This document shows positions 1 through 7,676 of a stretch of 12,172 nt of DNA, piece after piece. This DNA comes from Octopus sinensis (Eukaryota). The stretch covers positions 1 through 12,172 of the forward strand of contig NW_021826658.1 of NCBI RefSeq assembly GCF_006345805.1, given 5' to 3'. The translations under genes and the position numbers were made by a program. A model generated the notes under the pieces. The model made no database searches, was not told the DNA's origin, and saw only the letters and a program-made list of their open reading frames with translations. The stretch's first letter is position 1. Every line of letters begins with the position of its first letter.

Positions 1-60
1 GCCTCAAAAATTTAGCCTTCCTAAATTCCTTACACCGCCCCCTCTCTCTACAAGATGTTC

Positions 61-186
61 ATACACACACAAACACACATACATATATATATATACATAC
101 ACACATATATATATACACACACTTAATACACACACACTCATATACATATATATATACACACACGCACACACACACATATATATATA
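61..186. repeat. Compound (CA)n/(TA)n microsatellite, probably the tail of the adjacent minus-strand SINE
   Basis: Seen directly: alternating CA and TA dinucleotide runs abutting the 3' end of the SINE at 187. Confidence 0.95.
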
Positions 187-458
187 ATCACCGTGACCGA
201 CCAGGCTATCAGATGTTGCTACACATCGCTGGTCACAATGCACTTCACATTGTTTTAGCCTTCAAATGACGCCACCCCGCTGGCTAAGCGACCAGGCCAA
301 CAGAAGAAAGAGTGAGAGAAAGTTGTGGCAAAAGAGTACAGCAGGGATCATCACCACCCCCTGCCAGAGCCTTGTGGAGGTTTAGGTGTTTTCGCTCAAT
401 AAACACTCACAACGCCCAGTCTGGGAATCGAAACCGCGATCCTACGACAGCAAGTCCG
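187..458 (-). mobile_element. tRNA-derived SINE, 5'-truncated
   Basis: Minus strand carries a Pol III B-box-like GGTTTCGATTCCC (plus 423-435), followed by a unique body that runs into a microsatellite tail. The A-box end is missing. It resembles an octopus SINE family recalled from memory, not verified by search. Confidence 0.75.
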
Positions 459-780
459 TTTGTTGTTTGTCCATGGACAAAATATCTTAAGAACCACTGG
501 ATGGATTTGGATGAAACTTTCAGTGATGTTTGGCCTCGTGACTGGCATGAACTGATTAGATTTTGGAAATGATCTGGTTCCAGAGAAGGATTCTGTATTA
601 TTTTTCCTGTTTTTTTACTTAATTTTTGAGAGCACTCAGGTTCATTTTTAGTATTCTCGTTTGTGAGAGCAATCGAGTTTATTTCAGATATTCTCATTTT
701 TAAAAATCATCTCCGGCTAATCGTTGAGAGGACATTGGTGTTGCACTGGCCAAGGTTTACACTCTCTGAGTGCTCTTGTT
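454..780 (+). mobile_element. Non-autonomous Helitron/Helentron-type element (HINE/DINE-1-like), 5'-truncated
   Basis: Internal motif AAGAACCACTGGATGGATTTGGATGAAACTTTCAG...ATTAGATTTTGG. The 3' end CCAAGGTTTACACTCTCTGAGTGCTCTTGTT has a CACTC-TCT-GAGTG hairpin (760-772) a few bases before a terminal TT, which is the typical 3' layout of Helentron-associated elements. The 5' subterminal inverted repeat is absent. Confidence 0.6.
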
Positions 781-788
781 TATTATAA

Positions 789-846
789 TACTGGTCCTGG
801 AAGAATGAAAGGCAAAGTTGACCTGGGTAAGATTTGAACTCAGGAC
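789..846 (-). mobile_element. Fragment of a tRNA-derived SINE with a MetaSINE/Sauria-like central motif
   Basis: Minus strand reads GAGTTCAAATC (B-box-like) followed by GGTCAACTTTGCCTTTCATTCTTCC, similar to the GACTYWGCCTTYCATCCTTYCG core motif of MetaSINE-type elements. Short and internally deleted. Confidence 0.5.
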
Positions 847-1176
847 TGGCTTCCGTGCCAGTGGCACGTAAAAAGCACCATCCGAATCGTGGCCGATGCC
901 AGTGCCGCCTTGACTGGCTTCCGTGCCGGTGGCACATAAAATGCACCAATCCGATCGTGGCCGTTGCCAGCCTCGCCTGGCACCTGTGCAGGTGGCACGT
1001 AAAAAGCACCCCTACACATACACTCACGTAGTTGTTTGGCGTTAGGAAGGCATCCAGCTGTACGAAACACTGCCAGATCAACTGGGGCCCGGGTGCAGCC
1101 TTCTGGTTTCCCAGATCCCCGGTCGTACCGTCCAACCCATGCTAGCATGGAGAATGGACATTAAACAATGATGATG
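846..1176 (+). mobile_element. SINE 3' portion with internal ~65-bp tandem units, an RTE-like tail and a (GAT)n end
   Basis: GTGGCACRTAAAAWGCACC at 861, 929 and 992. Tail GGCGTTAGGAAGGCATCCAGCTGT...CCAACCCATGCTAGCATGG...TTAAACAATGATGATG. A homologous copy lies on the minus strand at 3834-4276. Confidence 0.8.
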
Positions 1177-1814
1177 AATGTTAAAATTACAAGATATTTT
1201 AATTAATGCTATTCCACCTCTGGCTATCTTCAGTCAGTCTTTGGGGTTCATTTTAAAACCATTAGCAGGATGGATGCCTTTGTATATTTGCGAAGAACAT
1301 TCTGACTTGCCAAGTTTTGGACATTCTGTCTGTTACCAATGGTTCCATTCAACCTCACCTGGGAACATCACCTGAAGCACAGTTACATTTGATTCTCACC
1401 TGTTTAATTAATATTCCAACATAAAGGTAGAACCAAACGGTGTGTGTACCATCTGGCTCTCTAGAGATTTGTCCCTGAAGACATTTTTCACAGACATTTA
1501 CTTGGAACTATTCTACATGATTCTGCAAGACACACATGAGGAGATCCATTAATATTAAATATTTATTAAAGTGTCTCCATCAATCCACTTCCTCCCCATC
1601 TTCTCTCGCTTACTCTCTTCATCCCTACTTTTGACCCTCCCCCGCTCTCTCTCTCTGTTCCTCACTCTCATCCTTTCCCTCTCATCCTCTGCTTCTTTGC
1701 TTAATATAATTCCGTCGGCTTCATTTCTCATATTTACATAGTTTGCAGGTATTTGAAGAATAAGTGTTGCAGAATCACGATTTTAATAGTCATGTCTGCC
1801 TGTCTGTCTCTGTT

Positions 1815-2188
1815 AGCTTCCTTCTCTCTCTCTCTTAGTTCCTCTCTCTACCTCTTAGTTACTCTCTCTACTTCTCTCTCTCTCTTAGTTCCTCTCTCTC
1901 TCTATCTCTCTATCTAACTATATCCATTTATATATATATATATGTGTGTGTGTGTTTATTTGTCTGTCTGTCTGCTCTCCCTCCCTCTCTCTCTATCTCT
2001 CTTCTCTCTCTCTCTTTCTCTCTCTCACTCTCTCTCTCTTAGTTCCTCTCAACCGCCTCCATATCTCTCTATCTAACTATATCACTCTATCTATTTATAT
2101 ATATATATGTGTGTGTGTGGTTTATTTGTCTGTCTGTCTGCTCTCCCCCTCTCTCTTCTCTCCTCTTTCTCTCTCTCTCTCTCCCCAG
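1815..2188. repeat. CT/TA/TG compound microsatellite containing a ~155-166-bp tandem duplication
   Basis: Duplicated anchors: TTAGTTCCTCTC (1885/2039), ATCTCTCTATCTAACTATATC (1904/2063) and TTTATTTGTCTGTCTGTCTGCTCTCC (1955/2121). Confidence 0.85.
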
Positions 2189-2289
2189 CTCTTAATTGAT
2201 CTGCTCAGTTAATAAAACATCATTTTCTACTTGTCTTTGCTTGAGTTGTTCTGCTCCGGGAAGCTGGAGCGGAACAGTTTGGACATTTG

Positions 2290-2557
2290 GAGAGAAGAGG
2301 ACAGAGAGGAAGAAGGGAGGGTGAGTGAGAAACTAGGAACGAGAGAGATAGAGAAAGTGAAAGTGAAAGTGGGAGGGGAAGGGAGAGAGAGAGATGGGGA
2401 GGGAGTGCAAAGAGAAAGCGGTTGACTGTTTTTGTTTTCCCTGACATAAGATGGGTATGGAGATAAAATGCATAGACAGGGAGACAGAGAGAGAGAGAGA
2501 GGCAGAGAGAGGGAAATAGAAGAAGGTGAGGGGTGGGGGGAGGGGTTTTGAGGGAGA
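2290..2557. repeat. GA-rich polypurine low-complexity tract
   Basis: Seen directly: (GA)n and G/A runs interrupted by a short unique block at 2415-2475. Confidence 0.85.
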
Positions 2558-2799
2558 TCAACAGGTTTGTTTTTTCTCTGCCGGAAGATGAGGATGGAGA
2601 TAAACCGCACGCGTCAGTGAACGCACAGTACCTGATCTCATTTTTTTTTGGTTGAATTGTTTAGTTATTGTAAAGGGTCTAAGGTCCTCGCCCCCCACCT
2701 CCTGAGAAGCACCCCCCCACCGACCGTCCAACCCCGACTCCCCTCCACCCTTCTCCATCCCACACTTTTTCCTGATAGTTCATTCATCTTTATTCAGCC

Positions 2800-3057
2800 A
2801 TGTACCACAACCACCAGAACCAACACCAACACTAGCACTGCCACCACCACAAGTACCACCTCCACTACTACCACTACCACCACTAGCACTATCACAACCA
2901 TCACCACCATCACCGCCACCACCACTACCATCACCACCACCACCATCATCACCACTACCACCACCATCACCGCCACCATCATCACAACCACTGTCACCAC
3001 CACCATCATCACCACCACCATCATCACCACCACTGCCAGCACTACCACCATCACCGC
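2800..3057. repeat. Degenerate (ACC/ATC)n trinucleotide repeat
   Basis: Seen directly. It accounts for the poly-Thr and poly-Val ORFs at 2648-3126. Confidence 0.95.
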
Positions 3058-3275
3058 TATGGCTGTGTGGTTATGAAGCTTGTTTCCTAACCATGTGGTA
3101 TTGAGTCCAGCCCCACGGTGTGGCAAATTGGATAACTATGGCCCCAGGCTACATTTAGTGGACCCCAGGCCTTGTAAGGGAATTTGGTGGACAGAAACTA
3201 AAAGAAGCCCATCACATATATATGTGTGAGTGTGTGTTTGTGCCCTCACTACCACTTGACAGCTGGTGTGTTTAG
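3058..3275 (+). mobile_element. Old, degenerate copy of the tRNA-head/CORE-like SINE
   Basis: TGGCTGTGTGGTT (A-box-like) ... GCCTTGTAAGGGAATTTGGTGGACAGAAACTAAAAGAAGCCCATC aligns by eye with the younger copies at 5269, 6604 and 6808. Confidence 0.7.
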
Positions 3276-3649
3276 AATCCCAATTTTTTTTTTCTGTTGA
3301 GATACATCAACTGAAAGACGATCTCTGATTGGCTGTCACACTTCAAAACCAGCCATTGACAGCATTTGTTCCATCAGGCCGATGGATTGGCCTCAAAGTC
3401 CTTTCAGCTTATATCATTTGGCCCGGTTAAGAAGATTAAGAGTTTGGCACTTATGGAATTGTCTGTCTTTATTCGGAGCATGTCCTTTACTGAGTTAACC
3501 CATTAGCATTCAAACTGACCATGTCTGGCCAAAATATTTTGTCTCTGGTCAGATGCAACATCTCATCCACTCTGCAATGTCATTCTAAAAATAAACAATC
3601 TCGTCGTTGAAATCTCAAAGCTATGAGATAATGTATGATTAATTCAAGA

Positions 3650-3785
3650 CATCATTATCATCCAACACCTGTTGACCATGCTGGCATGGGTTGGATCGTG
3701 TGACCAGAGCTGGCAAGCTGGGGAGATGCACCAGAATCTGGTCCGATTTGGTATAGTTTCTATGTCTGGATGCATCACATGACCA
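3650..3785 (-). mobile_element. Old, diverged 3' tail of the RTE-tailed SINE family
   Basis: CCATGCTGGCATGGGTTGGA...GTTTCTATGTCTGGATGC matches the tail of the copies at 846-1176 (reverse complement) and 3834-3980. Confidence 0.65.
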
Positions 3786-3833
3786 ATCCGGCACAGTTTC
3801 CTCTCTTGCACACAGCAACTAATTCCTAAGATA

Positions 3834-4276
3834 ACATCATCATCATCATCATTGATTAACGTCCGCTTTCCATGCTAACATGGGTTGGATGATTTGACTG
3901 AGGACTGGCGAGCCAGATGGCTGCACCAGGCTCCAATCTGATCTGGCAGTGTTTCTACAGCTGGATGCGCTTCCTAACACCAACCACTCCGAGAGTGTAG
4001 TGGGTGCTTTTACGTGCCACCAGCATGAGGGCCAGTCAGGTGGTACTGGCAACGGCCACGCTCAAATGGTGCTTTTTATGTGCCACCTGCACAGGAACCA
4101 CTCTAGAGGCACTGGCAACGACCTCGCTTGAATGATTTTTTCGACGTGCCACCTGCACAAGTGCCAGTAAGGCAATACAAGTAACGATCATGCTCAAATG
4201 GTGCTTTTTACGTGCCCATTGGCACAGAAGCCAGCTTGTTGCTCTGGCAACGATCAAGCTCATATGGTTCTCTTAG
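3834..4276 (-). mobile_element. RTE-tailed SINE with about five internal ~65-bp units, 5'-truncated
   Basis: (CAT)n tail at 3834-3851, then CCATGCTAACATGGGTTGGA and CAGCTGGATGCGCTTCCTAAC. Unit motif GGTGCTTTT(T)AYGTGCC at 4003, 4068, ~4133 (degenerate), ~4199 and a partial unit at ~4266. Confidence 0.8.
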
Positions 4277-4305
4277 CGCTCCACTAAGAGTACCATACAT
4301 AAATA

Positions 4306-4440
4306 AATAAGCATTATTTACTTACGTATAATGCTTATTTATACGTAAATAATAAACATTAAATTTATTCAATGCTTATTAAAATAAATAAGCATTACTT
4401 ATTTAAATAATGCTTATTTAACGTAAATATATAAGCATTA
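4306..4440. repeat. Alternating inverted array of an 11-mer (AATAAGCATTA / TAATGCTTATT), 7 copies
   Basis: Forward at 4306, 4351 (1 mismatch), 4387 and 4430 (1 mismatch). Reverse at 4329, 4370 (1 mismatch) and 4408. Confidence 0.9.
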
Positions 4441-5058
4441 GGATCTTTTCCTTTTGAACGGCACTTTGTAACATAATTTCTAGGTTACTAAAAAGTTTTA
4501 AACTTCGTATACTGGTAGAATGTGTTTATAAAACATCTTTTTCTCTTGGCTTTATTGAGAAAATTCTAGTTTGTAAGATATTTCGTCTGAAATTTTGAGC
4601 ATTTCGGCAATTTTAACCAATCGATTACCTCCATTGAGCTAAAATCATTTGCTGCGTCTAAAACTGAGACAACATCCTGTCACTAACCCTACACCTCAGC
4701 CTAACCCTAACCCTAAATTTGTTTTTCTTAATTGTTAAATTAAATTAATTGTTACGCGTGCAAAAAAAACGAATGCAACGGAAAATAATTTAAACAATTA
4801 ACAAACAAAATAATTCTATAATTTTATACACACGCTCTCAGTTTTAGACGCAGCAAATGATTTTAGCTCAATTAGAGGCGATTCATTGGTTAAAATTCGA
4901 AAAATTAAACTACGTTAAACAAACGAATTACAATTTTCTCAAGAAAGCCAAGAGAAAAAAATGTTTTATTTTGACACATTCTACAAGTATACGAAGTTTT
5001 AAAGTGTTTAGTTAACTAGAAATTGTGTTGACATCTGCCATTCAAAAGGAAAAGATCC
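4441..5058. mobile_element. 618-bp MITE with ~225-bp TIRs and an 8-bp TSD (Mutator-like or Merlin-like)
   Basis: AAGCATTA flanks both sides (4433-4440 and 5059-5066). Termini are GGATCTTTTCCTTTTGAA / TTCAAAAGGAAAAGATCC (18 bp perfect). The arms 4441-4669 and 4836-5058 are inverted homologues with a perfect 37-bp inner block (4633-4669 vs 4836-4872). The superfamily is inferred from the GG-starting long TIRs and 8-bp TSD. Confidence 0.9.
4683..4716. repeat. Interstitial telomere-like (CCCTAA)n repeats inside the MITE
   Basis: CTAACCCT at 4683-4690 and CCTAACCCTAACCCTAA at 4700-4716. Confidence 0.8.
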
Positions 5059-5268
5059 AAGCATTAAATTTGAGAGAATAATTTGAATGCTAAACGGTCA
5101 AATACCTTCCATCTTGCTCTTGTTCTCTTAAAGATTTTAGCATCCTTATCACAGTGCACATTTGCTGTGTACCCCTAGGTAGACATACTCCTTTATCCCT
5201 TCGATTTCATCACTTTACCCCTCTGTGCAGCCTTGCATTGCATCTTCTGACCACATATAATATACATA

Positions 5269-5679
5269 GGCGCAGGAGTGGCTGTGTGGTAAGTAGCTTG
5301 CTTACCAACCACATGGTTCCGGGTTCAGTCCCACTGCATGGCACCTTGGGCAAGTGTCATCTACTATAGCCTCGGGCCTACCAAAGCCTTGTGAGTGGAT
5401 TTGGTAGACGGAAACTGAAAGAAGCCCGTCGTGTATATGTATGTATATATATATATATGTGTGTGTGTGTTTGTGTATCTGTGTTTGTCCCCCTAGCATT
5501 GCTTAACAACCGATGCTGGTGTGTTTATGTCCCTGTTACTTAGCGGTTCGGCAAAAGAGACCGATGGAATAAGTACTGGGCTTACAAAAGAATAAGTCCC
5601 GGGGTCGAGTTGCCCGATTAAAGGCGATGCTCCAGCATGGCCGCAGTCAAATGACTGAAAGAAGTAAAAGAAAAGAGAT
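5269..5679 (+). mobile_element. Near full-length tRNA-derived SINE with a CORE-like domain and an internal (TA)/(TG) microsatellite
   Basis: Starts GGCGCAGGAG, with A-box-like TGGCTGTGTGGT, B-box-like GGTTCAGTCCC (5322-5332), MIR/CORE-like CCTTGGGCAAGTG (5344-5356), internal microsatellite ~5433-5480 and an A-rich end GTAAAAGAAAAGAG. High identity to 6808-7109. Confidence 0.9.
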
Positions 5680-5954
5680 AGTAAGAACAATGTAATCTGC
5701 TCCAGCATGGCCGTTGCGAGGTGCGTGATATAGTATGGAGCAATGTACTGGAGTGGTGGAATCCATTAGAATCAATGAATGGATCTTAGTTTTGATTGGA
5801 TTAGTAGAGATTATTGGTATTTCCACTGGTTGGATTGACTACGTTGCATGTTGAGAGATCCGTTTCGTATTTTACTCAATGAAGACGATTTGCAGGGGTG
5901 GGGTATGGGGGTCGGGGGTACACAAGGTTCATGGACAGTGGAGGAATTAGAGTG

Positions 5955-6400
5955 GTTCTGGTGGTGGTGGTGGTGGTGGTGGTGGTGGTGGTAGTGGTAG
6001 TTGTGATAGTGGTGGTTGATGTTGATGATAATGGTTGTTGTTGTTGGTGGTGGTGGTGGTGATGACAGGCTGCGGTAGTGATCTTGTTGTTGTTGGTGGT
6101 GGTGGTGCCCCCCCCCGTGATGATTGTGGTGGTGGTGGTGGTAGTGGTTGTTGTGATAGTGGGGGTGGTGGCGGTGTTGGTGGTAGTGGTGGTTGATGTT
6201 GATGATAATGGTTGTTGGAGGTGGTGGTGGTGACGACAGGCTGCAGTAGTGATGTTGTTGGTGGTGGTGGTGGTTGTGGTGGAACCAGTGTTGGTAACTG
6301 ATTGTTGATGGTGGCAGTGGCAACAATGGTGGTGACGGTGGTAGCAGCGTTGGCAACAGTGGTAGTAATGGTGGGGGTGTTTGATGGTTGCAACTGCAGC
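5955..6400. repeat. (GGT/GTT/GAT)n low-complexity tract with a ~177-bp tandem duplication
   Basis: TAGTGGTGGTTGATGTTGATGATAATGGTTGTTG...GACAGGCTGC(G/A)GTAGTGAT occurs at ~6007 and ~6184. Confidence 0.9.
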
Positions 6401-6464
6401 GGGTTGTTGTTCTTCACATTTGAAGAGCAGTCTCTTGGTGTTTCATGTTTTCTGCTGTGTGGAC

Positions 6465-6602
6465 ATAATAATAACCCTTCATTCAATGACCAGGGGACGG
6501 CACCTAGAAAGTTCCCCTCTGAGGCATAAGTCCAGGCAAGGTTGTTTATAGAAGACCAGCAATCGCCCATATACCTTGACCACCTCCTCTCCATGCCACC
6601 AA
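6465..6602 (-). mobile_element. 3' end of a further octopus SINE family, truncated
   Basis: (TAA)n tail at ~6465-6474, then AAGTCCAGGCAAGGTTGTTTATAGAAGACCAGCAATCGCCCAT. Recognised from memory as a SINE 3' segment; not verified by search. Confidence 0.5.
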
Positions 6603-6603
6603 T

Positions 6604-6765
6604 GCGCAGCAGTGGCTGTGTGGTTAGGAGCTAGTTTACCAACCACATGGTTCCGGGTTCAGTCCCACTGCGTGGCACCTTGGGCAAGTGTCTTCTACTA
6701 TAGCCTCGGCCCGACCAAAGCCTTGTGAGTGGATTTGGTAGACAGAAACTGAAAGAAACCCGTCG
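6604..6765 (+). mobile_element. tRNA-head/CORE-like SINE, 5' half only
   Basis: Aligns almost end to end with 5270-5430 and ends at the internal (TA)n run. Confidence 0.9.
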
Positions 6766-6807
6766 TATATATTATATATATATATTATATATATATATAT
6801 ATATATA

Positions 6808-7109
6808 GGCGCAGGAGTGGCTGTGTGGTAAGTATCTTGTTTACCAACCACATGGTTCCGGGTTCAGTCCCACTGCATGGCACCTTGGGCAAGTGTCTTC
6901 TACTATAGCCTCGGCCCGACCAAAGCCTTGTGAGTGGATTTGGTAGACGGAAACTGAAAGAAGCCCATCGTATATATGTATATATATATATGCGTGTGTG
7001 TATTTGTGTATCTGTGTTTGTCCCCCTAGCATTGCTTGACAACCGATGCTGGTGTGTTTATGTCCCCGTTACTTAGCGCTTCGGCAAAAGAGACCGATGG
7101 AATAAGTAC
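6808..7109 (+). mobile_element. tRNA-head/CORE-like SINE, 3'-truncated
   Basis: Begins GGCGCAGGAG directly after (TA)n and matches 5269-5577 closely. Similarity stops after AATAAGTAC. Confidence 0.9.
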
Positions 7110-7158
7110 GTGGCAATGGCCACGTTCGAACGGTTCTCTTATGTGCCACCGTCACTAG
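7110..7158 (-). mobile_element. One internal unit of the RTE-tailed SINE family
   Basis: TGGCAATGGCCACGTTCGAACGGTTCTCTTATGTGCCACC matches the unit TGGCAACGGCCACGCTCAAATGGTGCTTTTTATGTGCCACC at 4047-4087. Confidence 0.7.
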
Positions 7159-7676
7159 ATGTAAGTTGGAAAAAAAACTATTGACTGCTATTTCTAGCTG
7201 TTCAAACAACCACATACAAACTCTGTCATTGGTTGGTTGTTGTTATTGATGTCAATTAATGATATTGTTGTTGGAGATAGCAATGATGTTTATGGTGATG
7301 CTGATGATGGTGTTTAGCCCTAGGTCAGTCACAATTAAGTCTTAACTTACAATCAAAGTCATTCTAATTATGACCATCCCATGTTTCTCTCCGGCATTGT
7401 CCATCAAGGACTACATTATCCAATGCACCCCTTGGTGTTTTTTTTTTATATATATTACAATGGTTAGGTAAAATCTGAGAGTGATTTGGCTGCTATTTCT
7501 AGCTAATATTGTTGTTGCTATTTGGCTGTTGTTGTTGTTTGGTGGTGGTGGTGGTGGTTGTGGTGTTTGGAAGATTAACGACAGGGGTTAATTAATGTGA
7601 AGAAGAGAGGGAACAGAAAAGTGGTAAGGCTGACAGAGGGGGGTTGAGGAGATGAGTATGAGACGTCTTGGCAGTT

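Larger units (their letters stand above)
3499..5097. mobile_element. piggyBac-type (TTAA) MITE split by nested insertions: left arm 3499-3649, right end 5059-5097
   Basis: TTAA at 3495-3498 is followed by CCCATTAGCATTCAAA. The right end TTTGAATGCTAAACGG (5082-5097) is its reverse complement at 14/16 and is followed by TCAA (3/4 match to TTAA). TTAA target with CCC-starting TIRs is the established piggyBac signature. Confidence 0.7.

Noticed and set aside
861-1010. CRISPR-like pattern of a 19-bp repeat with ~45-bp spacers (also at 4003-4270)
   Set aside because: The spacers are homologous to one another, the array is inside a SINE with a retroposon tail, the context is eukaryotic, and no cas genes are present.
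1178-1560. Unique region with a 65-aa ORF and several splice-like motifs
   Set aside because: No consistent acceptor-frame-donor combination and no recognisable peptide in any frame.
2189-2326. Exon-like signals on both strands: plus acceptor at 2188 or 2245 with donor GTGAGT at 2321, and minus acceptor at 2264 giving LPGAEQLKQRQVENDVLLTEQIN*
   Set aside because: The flanking CT and GA microsatellites create acceptor-like sites by chance, the candidates conflict in strand, and no peptide is recognisable. RNA-seq would be needed to decide.
3371-3393. Two overlapping 5-bp hairpins (CCATC/GATGG and AGGCC/GGCCT)
   Set aside because: The stems are too short to distinguish from chance.
4683-4716. 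True telomere or chromosome-fusion site
   Set aside because: Only about four repeats, in a single orientation, and enclosed within MITE TIRs.
5269-5345. tRNA gene
   Set aside because: A- and B-box-like motifs are present, but there is no cloverleaf and the sequence continues into a SINE body repeated at 6604, 6808, 3058 and 7677.
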